A stretch of 64,000 nt of DNA, taken from positions 128,001-192,000 of the forward strand of contig JAULAX010000005.1 in NCBI GenBank assembly GCA_032654565.1. Direction: 5' to 3'. This document shows positions 42,620 through 54,720 of this stretch, piece by piece. The notes below the pieces were generated by a model. It was not told where the DNA came from, did not search any database, and was given only the letters and a program-made list of their open reading frames with translations. The translations under genes and the position numbers were made by a program. Within the stretch, counting starts at the first letter, position 1. Each line of letters begins with the position of its first letter. Source of the stretch: Anaeromyxobacteraceae bacterium (GTDB lineage Bacteria > Myxococcota > Myxococcia > Myxococcales > Anaeromyxobacteraceae).

Positions 42620-43336
42620 GTGTTCGACGAAGTCACGAAGCGAAAGACTGGCACCTACGCGGCCCGCCGCGCCGGCTGGGTATTCGGCTCGACCGCCCTC
42701 CAGCTGGCGCTGGTGGCCTCGGCCCTCTTCGCCGGCCAGAAGATCAAGGCCGCCATCGAGGACAAGCCCATCGACGTGAAGTTCGTCCGGGCCGCCCCGC
42801 CCCGGCCGCCGCCGCCGCCGCCGGCCGCCGCCCCGCCCAAGCGCAAGGACGCGCCCAAGCCGCCGGCCGACGCCAAGCCGCCTCCGCCGCCGCAGGCGCT
42901 CATCCAGCCCAAGGACGTGCAGGCCGAGATGAAGGAGGACACCTCGCCCAAGGAGCCCGAGTACGACTACGGGCCGCAGACCGGCGAGGGCGTGGTGGGT
43001 GGCGTGGTGGGGGCCCAGCGGAACGAGGACGCCCCGGCCTACGCCACCGCCGGCTACAAGAAGCCCACCATGGCGGAGCCCGGCTGCGTGCAGAGCTCGG
43101 TGCGAATGACCTCCGATATGCTCGACCGGGTCACCGGGCCGGTCACCGTGAAGTTCGCCATCGGCCGGGACGGGACCCCGAGCCGCTTCGAGGTCATGTC
43201 GGCCATCTCCGATCAGCGCATCGCCAACGCCATCTGGCAGGCCGTCAAGGCCTGCAAGTGGAACGCCGGCGCCGACGCCCAGGGCCATCCCACCAACATC
43301 TGGGTGATCCTGCCCTTCCGCTTCCAGACCCAGTAA
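42620..43336 (+). CDS. tonB: TonB family energy transducer
   Basis: N-terminal TM with Ser/Gln, Pro/Lys-rich linker, GVVGGVVG, C-terminal VTVKFAIGRDG...VILPFRF. Confidence 0.85.
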   Translation: MFDEVTKRKTGTYAARRAGWVFGSTALQLALVASALFAGQKIKAAIEDKPIDVKFVRAAPPRPPPPPPAAAPPKRKDAPKPPADAKPPPPPQALIQPKDVQAEMKEDTSPKEPEYDYGPQTGEGVVGGVVGAQRNEDAPAYATAGYKKPTMAEPGCVQSSVRMTSDMLDRVTGPVTVKFAIGRDGTPSRFEVMSAISDQRIANAIWQAVKACKWNAGADAQGHPTNIWVILPFRFQTQ

Positions 43337-43394
43337 CGAACGGCGCCTCGCCGCCGCCCCACCGGCTTCAGCCCTCTCTCAGGAGGATCCACCG

Positions 43395-44150
43395 ATGTCG
43401 CACCACCTGCTCGATGTGCTCAACAACATGGTCCTGGCCCAGGCGGCCGAGGGCGCCGCCAAGCTCGACTTCAGCCTCAAGGGCATGGTCTCCTCGATCG
43501 AGGGCTTCGGCATCGTCGTCGCCGGCATCCTCGCCGTCATGTCGGTCTTCTCGCTGGGCGTGGTCGCCGAGCGGATCTTCATGTACGCCCGGGCCGCCGG
43601 CGCCTCGCGCCGCTTCGCCGAGGCGCTCCCCGAGCTGCTCAAGGCCGGGCAGTTCGACGCCGCCATCGAGCTGGCCAAGACCGAGAAGGCCGGCCACCTC
43701 CCCCGGGTGCTGGGGCTGGCGCTCAGCGAGTACAAGCACGGCACCGAGGCCCTCGCCACCAAGGGGCCCAAGGACGTCGGCCACTTCGACATCATCGAGG
43801 CCTGCAACCGGGCCATCGACCGCTCCTCGCTGCGCACCGTCAACGAGCTGCGCCGCGGCCTCGGCTCGCTGGCCACCATCGGCTCGACCGCCCCGTTCGT
43901 CGGCCTGCTGGGCACGGTGTGGGGCATCATCAAGGCCTTCCAGAAGATGGCCCTCGAGGGCGGCGGCGGCCTGGGCACGGTCTCCGGCGCCATCGCCGAG
44001 GCGCTCATCAACACCGCCTTCGGCCTGCTGGTGGCCATCCCGGCCGTCATGTTCTTCAACTACCTGACCAACAAGGTCGAGGACATGCAGGTCGACATCA
44101 CCGACGCCTCCACGGAGCTGGTGGACTTCTTCCTCAAGGAAGGGCGCTAG
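43395..44150 (+). CDS. exbB: ExbB/TolQ/MotA proton channel
   Basis: LATIGSTAPFVGLLGTVWGI; IAEALINTAFGLLVAIPAV. Confidence 0.92.
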   Translation: MSHHLLDVLNNMVLAQAAEGAAKLDFSLKGMVSSIEGFGIVVAGILAVMSVFSLGVVAERIFMYARAAGASRRFAEALPELLKAGQFDAAIELAKTEKAGHLPRVLGLALSEYKHGTEALATKGPKDVGHFDIIEACNRAIDRSSLRTVNELRRGLGSLATIGSTAPFVGLLGTVWGIIKAFQKMALEGGGGLGTVSGAIAEALINTAFGLLVAIPAVMFFNYLTNKVEDMQVDITDASTELVDFFLKEGR

Positions 44151-44204
44151 CGCGGCCCCGGCGGCGCAGCGGCCGCCGGACCTCGTCAGCCAGGAGAGCG
44201 GAAG

Positions 44205-44663
44205 ATGTCCATGGACGTCGGCTCCAAGTCGGTCCGCAGCGACATCAACGTCACGCCGCTCGTCGACGTGGTGCTGGTGCTGCTCATCATCTTCATGGTG
44301 ATCACCCCCATGCTCCAGCGCGGCAAGCCGGTGACCCTCCCGGACGCCAAGCACGTCTCCTCGCTGGGCAAGGGCGGCGACCCCATCCTGCTCTCGGTGA
44401 CCAAGGACGGCCGGGTCTGGCTCGACGGCGAGGCCCACACCAAGCAGGAGGTGAAGGACCCGCAGATCGAGCAGGAGCTCAACATCGAGCTGCAGGCCAA
44501 GCCGGGCGTGCCCATCATGGTGAAGGTCGACCGCGACGTGGAGTACCGGCGGGTGCGCCAGGTGGTGCTCGAGGTGAGCAAGACCCGCGTCATGGGCGTC
44601 AGCCTGGCGGCCTCGAAGATCGAGGAGAAGTCGACCGCCGGTGAGAAGAAGGGGGGCCAGTAG
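44205..44663 (+). CDS. exbD: ExbD/TolR protein
   Basis: INVTPLVDVVLVLLIIFMV. Confidence 0.92.
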   Translation: MSMDVGSKSVRSDINVTPLVDVVLVLLIIFMVITPMLQRGKPVTLPDAKHVSSLGKGGDPILLSVTKDGRVWLDGEAHTKQEVKDPQIEQELNIELQAKPGVPIMVKVDRDVEYRRVRQVVLEVSKTRVMGVSLAASKIEEKSTAGEKKGGQ

Positions 44664-44665
44664 CC

Positions 44666-45118
<453 letters not shown>

Positions 45119-45161
45119 CAGGGGCACCCGCGGCCCGGCGCGCGGCGTCAGTCCTGCGGCG

Positions 45162-46100
45162 TCAGTCCTGTGGCGGCGGCAGGCGGGCCAGCGCCGCCAC
45201 CAGCTCGGGCGGCAGCGGGCTCTCAACCACCACCCGGCCGCCGTCCGGCGACTCCACCCCGAGCCGGGCGGCGTGCAGGAAGTGGCGCTCCAGCCCCGGC
45301 AGCGCCGTGGCCTCGCCCCCGTAGAGCGTGTCGCCGGCCACCGGGAAGCCGAGGAAGGCCAGGTGGGCGCGGATCTGGTGCATGGCCCCGGTGACGATGC
45401 GCACCCGCAGCAGGGTGTGGCGGGCGAAGCGCCCCTCCACCTCGTAGCGGGTCTCGGCCGGGCGGGGGTTGAGCCCCTTCTCGCGCAGCCGCTCCTCGGC
45501 GACGGCGTCCGGCGCCGGCACCACCTTGGCGCCGCGCTGGGCCAGCGGCACGGTGCAGACGCCGCCGGCGCTGACCCGGCCGCAGACCAGCGCCAGGTAG
45601 ACCTTCTCCACCACCCGCCGGCGCAGCTGGTCGTGGAGCCGCTCCCAGGCGTCGCGGTCGCGGGCGAAGAGGACGCAGCCGCTGGTGTCGAGGTCGAGCC
45701 GCTGGGCGGCGCCCCCCTCGCGCGGGTCGAGCGAGGCCTCGGCGCACTCCGGGTAGCGGGCCACCACGGCGTTGGCCAGCGTCCCCGACTCGCCGGCCTG
45801 CAGCGGGTGGACCGCCACGCCGGCCGGCTTGTCCACCACCAGGAAGCGCGGCTGCTCGAGCAGCACCGTGAGCGGCGCGCCGGGCTCCGGCTCGGGCGGC
45901 CCGCGCGCCGGCTCGACGTCGAGCTCCACCTCCAGCCCCGGCTCGGCCGGCACCGACGCCCGGACCCGGCGGCCGTCGACGCGGACCTCGCCGAGCTCGA
46001 AGGCCCGCTTCACCGCGGCCCGCCCCAGCCCCAGCGCGTCGGCCAGGGCCCGGTCGAGCCGGCCGGCGACGCCGGCGGGGAGCCGGACGGTGCGCTTCAC
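45162..46100 (-). CDS. RluA/RluD family pseudouridine synthase
   Basis: S4-like N-terminus; VDKPAG; QRLDLDTSG; TGAMHQIRAHL; GDTLYG; FLHA. Confidence 0.92.
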   Translation of the reverse strand: MKRTVRLPAGVAGRLDRALADALGLGRAAVKRAFELGEVRVDGRRVRASVPAEPGLEVELDVEPARGPPEPEPGAPLTVLLEQPRFLVVDKPAGVAVHPLQAGESGTLANAVVARYPECAEASLDPREGGAAQRLDLDTSGCVLFARDRDAWERLHDQLRRRVVEKVYLALVCGRVSAGGVCTVPLAQRGAKVVPAPDAVAEERLREKGLNPRPAETRYEVEGRFARHTLLRVRIVTGAMHQIRAHLAFLGFPVAGDTLYGGEATALPGLERHFLHAARLGVESPDGGRVVVESPLPPELVAALARLPPPQD

Positions 46101-46125
46101 GGCGTCCCCCCGGCGGCGGGCGCGG

Positions 46126-46710
46126 TCACGGCCGGCTCCCGCGGCGCAGCGTGCGCATCCGCACCAGCCCGTAGAAGAGCTGCCGCTCGGTGTAGGTGCG
46201 CCGCTCCGGCCCGCCCCCGCGCCGCGGCGCCGCCGGCCGCTCCAGCCACATGCGGGCCCGCACCAGCCCCTGGTGGGCGAAGGGGGCCACCAGCTCGGCG
46301 GGGGCCTCGGCCAGGTAGCGCGCCCGCAGCGCGCGGATGCGTCGCCGGTAGGCCCCGGGGGCCAGGCTGGCGTGGCGGCGGCCGCCGTGGAGGGTGCCGT
46401 CGAAGCGGAGCGAGGCGTGGTAGAGCTCGTGGAGGATGGTGTCGATCCGCTCCTCCGGCGTCGAGTCGAGGAACCAGAGCGGCCGCAGGGTGATGACGTA
46501 GCGGACCTCGCGCCCCCGCACCTCGACGCGCGGCCCCCGGCCACCCTCGGCCCCGGCGAAGGGGCGGATGGTGGCCCGCGAGGCGCGCCGGGCCTCTCCG
46601 GCCACCACCAGCAGCCGCGAGGCCCGCACGTGGGCCAGCTCGGGCAGCCGCGCCGCCACGTCGCGGACCAGCCGCTTCACCGCCAGGGTCAGGTTGGGCC
46701 GGGCAGGCAC
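46126..46710 (-). CDS. Putative minimal metallopeptidase (HExxH)
   Basis: TILHELYH motif; operon context. Confidence 0.65.
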   Translation of the reverse strand: MPARPNLTLAVKRLVRDVAARLPELAHVRASRLLVVAGEARRASRATIRPFAGAEGGRGPRVEVRGREVRYVITLRPLWFLDSTPEERIDTILHELYHASLRFDGTLHGGRRHASLAPGAYRRRIRALRARYLAEAPAELVAPFAHQGLVRARMWLERPAAPRRGGGPERRTYTERQLFYGLVRMRTLRRGSRP

Positions 46711-46720
46711 GGGGTTTGGT

Positions 46721-47188
46721 TCAGCGCGACGGGCGGCCGCGACGGGCGGGGCGGTCGCGGTCCCCGGCGCCGCCGCGGGCCGGGCCTCGGCCGGCCCGGG
46801 GGCTGCCCGACCTGGTCCCGCCGGTCCGGGGGAGCTTCACCGGGGCGGCCCGGGCCGGGCGCGCCTCCGGCTCGAACTTCGGCTTCTGCGGGTGGCGGCG
46901 GTAGACCAGCATGGTCCGGCCCAGCAGCTGGGCCAGCAGCACGCCCGGCCCGGACGAGAGCCGCGCCGCCGCCTCGAAGCGGTCCTCCGGGCTCTCCGAG
47001 CCCACCTTCACCTTGACCAGTTCGTGGGCCAGCAGCGCCTCGTCGAGCTGCTTCAGGACCGCCGGCGTCACCCCCTCCTTGCCCACCTGGACCACCGGCG
47101 AGAGGTGGTGGCCGGCGGCGCGCAGCGCCTTGCGGAGGCGGGAGGCGGTCATGAGCGACTGCTTCTTCGGGTTGCTGGGGGTGGGCAC
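46721..47188 (-). CDS. yhbY: YhbY/CRM RNA-binding protein with Arg/Gly-rich tail
   Basis: LRAAGHHLSPVVQVGKEG; HELVKVKV; QLLGRTMLVYR. Confidence 0.88.
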   Translation of the reverse strand: MPTPSNPKKQSLMTASRLRKALRAAGHHLSPVVQVGKEGVTPAVLKQLDEALLAHELVKVKVGSESPEDRFEAAARLSSGPGVLLAQLLGRTMLVYRRHPQKPKFEPEARPARAAPVKLPRTGGTRSGSPRAGRGPARGGAGDRDRPARRGRPSR

Positions 47189-47190
47189 GG

Positions 47191-49041
47191 TCACTTCCTC
47201 AGGTACTTCAGTTCGCGTTGGAGGTCGACGTGGTCGGGCGCCATCGCCAGGCCGCGCTTGAGCTGCTTCTCGGCCAGCGCCAGGTCGCCGACGATCTTGG
47301 CCATCTGCCCGAGGAAGAGGTAGCCGGAGGCGCAGCGCGGGCTCTTCTTCAGGCCGGACTCGATGGCGGCCACCGCCCGGGCGTGGACCTTCTTCTTCTC
47401 GGCGGCGGAGACGAACCCGCACCAGGCCAGCCAGATGCCGTACTCCGGCTCGTCGGGGTTGAGCTTCAAGGCCTCGGTGAACTTGGCGGCGGCCTCCTCG
47501 TACTGCCGCGCCTTCACCATCAGGGTCCCGGTCTGGAAGATGGTCTCGGCCTGCAGGATCCCCATGACGTCGACCGAGACCCCGGCCCCGGTGAGCAGGT
47601 CGTCGACGTACCGGGCCCGCCGGGCGTCGTCGCCGAGCACGCCCCAGGACTCGCCGATGCGGGAGAAGAGGTCGGCGCAGAGCTTCTTCACCTCGGGTGA
47701 CGCGGAGACGTCGACGGTGTCGGGGTGGTAGGCCTTGGCCAGCTGGAAGTAGGCGACCTTGATCTGGGCCGCGGTGGCGTCGGAGGAGACGCCCAGCACC
47801 TTGAAGTGATCGGCCTCCTTGTAGCTGGCGAGGAGCGCCTTCAAGGTGCGCTCGTCCATGGGCGGGCCGGCGCGGGCCGCCGGGGCGGCGGTGGGCGAGG
47901 CCGGCCGGGGGGCCGGCGCGGCGGGCTGGACCGGCCGGGGAGCCGGCGGCGGCGGGCGTGGGGCGGGCGGCGGGGTCCGCGGTGGCGCGGCCTGGGGGTG
48001 CGGGGCGGATCCCGGCGCCGGCGTGGGCGTCGCGGGGGCGGTCGCAGGCGGTGGCGGCGGCGGCGACGCGGCCGGAGCCGGTGGCGGCGACGTGACCGGA
48101 GCCGGTGGTGGCGCTGGCGTCGACGAGGGGACCGGAGCGGGTGCCGGTCCTGGAGGGGCGGCGGGAGCGGCCTCCGGCGCGGCGACCGCCCGCGGCGGGC
48201 CGAACGACAGCAGCCCCACCTCGGCCAGCAGCAGGGCGACGCGGAGCAGGACGGTGGCGTCGGCGCCGCGCTGGCGGGCCAGGTCGGAGAGCCTGCTGCC
48301 GTCGAGGGCGGCCACCGCCCGGGCCTCGGCCGGGCCGAGCCGCAGGTCCTCGACCCGGACCCGGCCGATGATCCGGGTGGCGCCCAGCTGCTCGCGCGGC
48401 CCCAGCCGGCGCAGCACCGAGGCGGCGTCGAGGGCCCGCACCGCCTGCCCCAGCATCACCCAGGGTGAACCGAGCGGGAAGGCGCTGGGCGGGGGCGCCA
48501 CCCCCGGCTCCCAGCGCCAGGCGCCGGCCTCCACGCTCAGGGCCCGGGTCACCAGCTGCCCGGCGTGCTCCTGGATGAGCCGCACCAGGTCGGCGCCGTT
48601 GATCAGCCGCAGCGTGACCAGCGCCCCCACCAGGTCGCCCTCGGGGCCGGAGACCAGGGCCGCCTCCGCCACCTGCTCCGGCTGCACCAGGCCGCGGAAG
48701 ACCAGGAAGCCGGGGAGGTCGTCGTCGGGGCTCGAGGTGGTGACGTGCTCGATGGTCCCCTTGCGGAAGGTGAGCGAGAAGGTCGCGCCGTCGGGGGCCA
48801 GGGTGAGCCGGCCGGTGGCGGCGGTGGCGGCGGCCAGCCCGAAGAGCCGCAGCGGCCCCTCGACGGCCAGGTCACCCTGGGCGGGGAGGCTGGCGGCCAG
48901 GGCCGCCTCGGCCGTCACCTCGGGGGCCTCGAGCCCGCGGCTGGCGCCCGGGGCGACCGCCTGCCCCGGGGGCGGCGGCCGCTCCAGGCGCGGCGGCGAG
49001 GACGGCGCGGGGGCCGACCGGGGCTTGGGCGCGTCTGCCAC
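47191..49041 (-). CDS. DUF4388-like / Pro-linker / J-domain / TPR protein
   Basis: ATGRLTL...FRKGTI N-terminal domain; Pro/Ala linker; HFKVLGV...LAKAYHPD; TPR-like C-terminus. Confidence 0.8.
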   Translation of the reverse strand: MADAPKPRSAPAPSSPPRLERPPPPGQAVAPGASRGLEAPEVTAEAALAASLPAQGDLAVEGPLRLFGLAAATAATGRLTLAPDGATFSLTFRKGTIEHVTTSSPDDDLPGFLVFRGLVQPEQVAEAALVSGPEGDLVGALVTLRLINGADLVRLIQEHAGQLVTRALSVEAGAWRWEPGVAPPPSAFPLGSPWVMLGQAVRALDAASVLRRLGPREQLGATRIIGRVRVEDLRLGPAEARAVAALDGSRLSDLARQRGADATVLLRVALLLAEVGLLSFGPPRAVAAPEAAPAAPPGPAPAPVPSSTPAPPPAPVTSPPPAPAASPPPPPPATAPATPTPAPGSAPHPQAAPPRTPPPAPRPPPPAPRPVQPAAPAPRPASPTAAPAARAGPPMDERTLKALLASYKEADHFKVLGVSSDATAAQIKVAYFQLAKAYHPDTVDVSASPEVKKLCADLFSRIGESWGVLGDDARRARYVDDLLTGAGVSVDVMGILQAETIFQTGTLMVKARQYEEAAAKFTEALKLNPDEPEYGIWLAWCGFVSAAEKKKVHARAVAAIESGLKKSPRCASGYLFLGQMAKIVGDLALAEKQLKRGLAMAPDHVDLQRELKYLRK

Positions 49042-49047
49042 GACGGC

Positions 49048-50715
49048 TCAGAGTACCACCGTCTCCTTGTACTCGCCGAAGACCTCCCGGAGGGCGTCGG
49101 AGATCTCTCCCAGCGTCGCCTCGGCCTTCACCGCGGCCAGGATCAGCGGCATGAGGTTGTCGGTGCCGCGGGCCCCGGCCCGGACGGCATCGGTGGCTTG
49201 CTTGCAGGCGGTGGCGTTGCGGCGGGCCCGGAAGGCCTTGAGCCGGCCCACCTGCTGGGCCTCCAGGGCCGGGTCGATCTTCATGATGGTGACCGGCGGG
49301 TCCTCGGCCTTGTAGGCGTTGACCCCCACCACCACCTGCTCCTTCTTCTCGACCTGCTTCTGCCAGGCGTAGGCGGCGTCCTGGATCTCGCGCTGCACGT
49401 ACCCCTTGGAGATGGCGTGGACCATGCCGCCCATGTCGTCGATCTTCTTGATGTAGGCCTCGGCGCGGGCCTCGATCTCGTCTGTCATGGCCTCGATGAC
49501 GTAGCTGCCGCCGAAGGGGTCGATGACGTCGGCCACCCCCGACTCGTTGGCGATGATCTGCTGGGTGCGCAGGGCGATGCCGGCCGACGCCTCGGTGGGC
49601 AGCCCCAGCGCCTCGTCGCGCGAGTTGGTGTGCAGCGACTGGGTGCCGCCCAGCACCGCCGCCAGCGCCTGGATGGTGACCCGGACGATGTTGTTGTCGG
49701 GCTGCTGGGCGGTCAGCATGGAGCCGGCGGTCTGGGTGTGGAAGCGGAGCATCCAGGAGCGCGGGTCCTTGGCCTTGAAGCGCTCCTTCATGACCCGGGC
49801 CCAGAGCCGGCGGGCGGCGCGGTACTTGGCCACCTCCTCGAGCAGGTTGTTGTGGCCGTTGAAGAAGAAGGAGAGCCGGCCGGCGAAGGCGTCGACGTCG
49901 AGCCCGGCCTTGACCGCGGCGTCGACGTACTGGATGCCGTCGGCCAGGGTGAAGGCCACCTCCTGGACCGCCGTCGAGCCGGCCTCGCGGATGTGGTAGC
50001 CGGAGATGGAGATGGGGTTCCACTTCGGCATCACCTTGGCGGTGTAGGCGAAGATGTCGGTGATGAGCCGCAGCGACGGCACCGGCGGGTAGATGTAGGT
50101 GCCGCGGGCGGCGTACTCCTTGAGCAGGTCGTTCTGGATGGTCCCCTGCAGGTCGCCGGGGGCCACCCCCTGCCGCTCGCCGATGGCCTGGTACATGGAG
50201 AGCAGCACCGCGGCGGTGGAGTTGATGGTCATCGAGCTGGAGACGGTGCCGAGCGGGATGCCGTCGAGCAGCGTCGCCATGTCGTCGATGGAGTCGATGG
50301 CCACGCCCACCTTGCCCACCTCCCCCTGGGCGCGGACGTGGTCGGAGTCGCGCCCCATCTGCGTGGGCAGGTCGAAGGCCACCGAGAGGCCGGTCTGGCC
50401 GGACTTGAGCAGGTACTTGTAGCGCTCGTTCGACTCGGCGGCGGTGCCGAAGCCGGCGTACTGGCGCATGGTCCAGAAGCGGGCCCGGTACATGGTGGGC
50501 TGCACGCCGCGGGTGAAGGGGTACTCGCCGGGCAGGCCGAGCCGGTCCTCCAGCCCCGGCTTGACGTCGGCCGCCACGTAGACCGGCTGCTGGGGGATGC
50601 CGCTGGTGGTCTCGAAGCGGGGGCGCCGCTCCGGCGACTTCGACACCGCCTTGCCGTACGGCCCCTTCAACCAGCGCTCCTTCTCGGTGCGGCCCTGCGC
50701 GCGATCGTCAGCCAT
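49048..50715 (-). CDS. Methylmalonyl-CoA mutase, substrate-binding (large) subunit
   Basis: [48 protein letters not shown]; no C-terminal B12-binding domain. Confidence 0.93.
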   Translation of the reverse strand: MADDRAQGRTEKERWLKGPYGKAVSKSPERRPRFETTSGIPQQPVYVAADVKPGLEDRLGLPGEYPFTRGVQPTMYRARFWTMRQYAGFGTAAESNERYKYLLKSGQTGLSVAFDLPTQMGRDSDHVRAQGEVGKVGVAIDSIDDMATLLDGIPLGTVSSSMTINSTAAVLLSMYQAIGERQGVAPGDLQGTIQNDLLKEYAARGTYIYPPVPSLRLITDIFAYTAKVMPKWNPISISGYHIREAGSTAVQEVAFTLADGIQYVDAAVKAGLDVDAFAGRLSFFFNGHNNLLEEVAKYRAARRLWARVMKERFKAKDPRSWMLRFHTQTAGSMLTAQQPDNNIVRVTIQALAAVLGGTQSLHTNSRDEALGLPTEASAGIALRTQQIIANESGVADVIDPFGGSYVIEAMTDEIEARAEAYIKKIDDMGGMVHAISKGYVQREIQDAAYAWQKQVEKKEQVVVGVNAYKAEDPPVTIMKIDPALEAQQVGRLKAFRARRNATACKQATDAVRAGARGTDNLMPLILAAVKAEATLGEISDALREVFGEYKETVVL

Positions 50716-50751
50716 GTCGTCCTCGCTCCCCGGTGTCGGTCTGCCGCCAGC

Positions 50752-51260
50752 CTACTCGACGGCGAGCAGCGTCGCGCCGCTCGCCACGTCCTGTCCCGCC
50801 TCGACCTGCAGCGCCGCCACCGTGCCACGGCGCGGGCTGCGCAGCTCGTTCTCCATGTGCAGCGCCTCCAGCACCAGCAGCGGCTGCCCTTCGGTCACCG
50901 CCTCGCCCTCCCGCACCAGCACCTTCAGCACCCGGCCCGCCAGCGGCGCGGCGACCACCTGCCGACCCTCCACGGTGAGCGTCCCCGGGGCCCGACGCAT
51001 CCGCAGCCGGCGCTCGGGGAGGACCTCCATGGGGAAGACGGCGCCGCCCACCCCGACCCGCAGCTGGGCGCCGCGCTGGTCGAAGCTGGCGGTGGAGCTG
51101 GCGGTGTCGATGATCAGCGAGAGGGTGGCGTCGTCGTGGCGGAAGGCGTCGACGCGGTGGAGCTGGTCGCCGAGCCGGACCCGGTAGCGGCCCGGCCCGT
51201 CCTCCTCGACCTCCAGCGCCACCTCGCGCTTGCCGCCGTCGAGCAGGGCCACGTAGCGGC

Positions 51261-51264
<4 letters not shown>
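50752..51264 (-). CDS. Biotin carboxyl carrier-like protein lacking the acceptor lysine
   Basis: VAAPLAGRVLKVLVREGEAV..GQPLLVLEALHMENELRSP; ATGA overlap with the biotin carboxylase gene. Confidence 0.85.
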
Positions 51265-52790
<1,526 letters not shown>

Positions 52791-52899
52791 GCGGGGTGAG
52801 GACGATACCCGCGCGGGTGCGGCCCCGTCCACCCAACATCGCGTCAAAGTCGCCGACACCACTCCACTTCTTCGACGCGACGCGTTTCGCCGGCGGGGG

Positions 52900-53343
52900 T
52901 CAACCGCCCGGCGCCGGCGCTGCGGTCTCCGCCCGCCCGGCCAGCTCCCGGGCCATCAGGAAGCGCCCCAGCCCGACGTCGTTGGCGGCGATGTGGAAGC
53001 GGAACCACTCCAGCACCCGCCCGGTGGCCCAGCGGCGGAAGGGCGGCGTGAGGCCGCTGGCCTTGAGCCCGGCCAGGTGCTTGCCGGCGTCGAGCAGGAA
53101 GAGGTCGTGCGTCTCCTTGTGGCGCGCCGCCAGCGGGTAGCCGGCCTCGGCCATGAGCCGCTCCTCGTGGGCGAAGTGGGCCGCCACCTGCCCGGCCAGC
53201 CGGCCGAGCAGGAGCACCGCCTCCATGGTGGCGCCGGTGTTGACGGCGGCGAGCAGGCGATCCAGCCCCTCCGAGATCTGCGCGTGCTCGTCGTCGATCG
53301 GCGCGTAGCCGGTCTCCTGGTAGAGCTTCTCCTTGATGGTCAT
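52900..53343 (-). CDS. Single-domain bacteriohemerythrin
   Basis: IDDEH...HFAHEE...HKETH...HIAAND di-iron ligand pattern. Confidence 0.9.
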   Translation of the reverse strand: MTIKEKLYQETGYAPIDDEHAQISEGLDRLLAAVNTGATMEAVLLLGRLAGQVAAHFAHEERLMAEAGYPLAARHKETHDLFLLDAGKHLAGLKASGLTPPFRRWATGRVLEWFRFHIAANDVGLGRFLMARELAGRAETAAPAPGG

Positions 53344-53514
53344 CTGATCCTCCGTCTCACGAGCGGCCGAGGAGTGCATCGCGTGGGCCGTGGCAACCGG
53401 CCGCCACCACGAGGTTCTCCGACCCCCTCCACTGGCCCAGGGTCCAGTTCACCCCGGCGCCGACCATGCCGCGCTGCGCCATCAACCTCCGGGGGTTCCA
53501 TGGCCTTCCTCGCC

Positions 53515-53568
53515 TTGACATCCCGCCATGCGCCCGACTAGTTTGTTCGTCAGCCGAACAAAGTAGTC
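53515..53568 (+). promoter_or_regulatory. Sigma70 promoter (TTGACA-N18-TAGTTT) overlapped by a ROK/XylR-type operator palindrome
   Basis: GACTAGTTTGTTCG-N5-CGAACAAAGTAGTC at 53536-53568; arms match 13/14. Confidence 0.75.
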
Positions 53569-53600
53569 CTCCCCCCGGCTCGTCCGGCTTCGGAGCCCAC

Positions 53601-54719
53601 ATGGCTGGACCCTCCAGCTCGATCCCCGCCGTCGCCGCCAGCGCTCCCCGCGAGGAGGCCGCCGGCGCCGCCCCCGCGCTGGCGCCGCTGCTCGAGGTCC
53701 GCAAGCTGCGCAAGGTCTTCACCTCCGGCGGCCTCTTCCGCCGCGCCAGGGTGATGGTGGCGGTGCAGGACGTCTCCTTCGAGGTCCGGCGCGGCGAGGC
53801 GGTGGCCCTGGTCGGCGAGTCGGGCAGCGGCAAGAGCACCATCGCCCGCATGCTGGTGCGCCTCTCCCGCCCCGACGGCGGGGAGATCCGGCTCGACGGC
53901 GTCGACGTGCTGGCCCGCGAGCCGCGCGGCGCCTCGCTGGCCTTCCGCGGCCGGGTGCAGATGGTCTTCCAGGACCCCTTCGGCTCGCTCAACCCCATCC
54001 ACAGCGTGGCCCACCACCTGGAGCGGCCGCTGCTGCGCCACGGCCGGGTCGACGGCCTCAACCCGGCGCTCTCGGTGGCCGGCCACCTCGACTCGCCGCT
54101 GCGGCTCTCCGGCAAGGCGGCGCTGCGCGAGCGGGCCATCGCCCTGCTGCGCAAGGTGGGGCTGGAGCCGGCCGAGGAGTACCTGGAGCGCCACCCCTAC
54201 GAGCTCTCCGGCGGCCAGCGCCAGCGGGTGGCCATCGCCCGCGCCCTGGCGGTGGAGCCGGACCTGCTGGTGGCCGACGAGCCGACCTCGATGCTCGACG
54301 TCTCCATCCGCACCGGCGTGCTCAACCTGCTGGCGCGGCTGAAGCGCGAGCAGGGGCTGGGGATCATCCTCATCACCCACGATCTGGCCTCGGCGCGCTA
54401 CCTGGCCGACCGGATCATGGTGCTCTACCGCGGGCGCATCGTGGAGGACGGCCCCAGCCGCGCCATCGTCTCGGCGCCGGCCCACCCCTACACCCGCGCC
54501 CTGCTGGCCTCCATCGCCCACTCCGGCGCCGGCGGCCTGCCCCCGGCCACGGCCCGGCCCGGGGCCGACGCCCGCCCCGCCGGCACCGGCTGCCCCTTCG
54601 CGCCGCGCTGCCCCGACGTCATGGACGCCTGCCACGCCAGCGAGCCGGCGCCGCGCCAGGTCGACGGGATCCGCACCGTGCGCTGCCACCTCTACCCCGA
54701 CGCCCCCCTGGCCACCTGA
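53601..54719 (+). CDS. Opp/Dpp-type ABC transporter ATP-binding subunit
   Basis: GESGSGKS, FQDP, LSGGQRQR, ADEPTS, ITHD; C-terminal HPYT...CPF..RC...C...VRCH. Confidence 0.92.
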   Translation: MAGPSSSIPAVAASAPREEAAGAAPALAPLLEVRKLRKVFTSGGLFRRARVMVAVQDVSFEVRRGEAVALVGESGSGKSTIARMLVRLSRPDGGEIRLDGVDVLAREPRGASLAFRGRVQMVFQDPFGSLNPIHSVAHHLERPLLRHGRVDGLNPALSVAGHLDSPLRLSGKAALRERAIALLRKVGLEPAEEYLERHPYELSGGQRQRVAIARALAVEPDLLVADEPTSMLDVSIRTGVLNLLARLKREQGLGIILITHDLASARYLADRIMVLYRGRIVEDGPSRAIVSAPAHPYTRALLASIAHSGAGGLPPATARPGADARPAGTGCPFAPRCPDVMDACHASEPAPRQVDGIRTVRCHLYPDAPLAT

Positions 54720-54720
54720 G

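Noticed and set aside
45142..45170. 14-bp tandem duplication GCGGCGTCAGTCCT at the pseudouridine synthase stop
   Set aside because: Real but adjacent copies with nothing between them; most likely slippage, not a target-site duplication.
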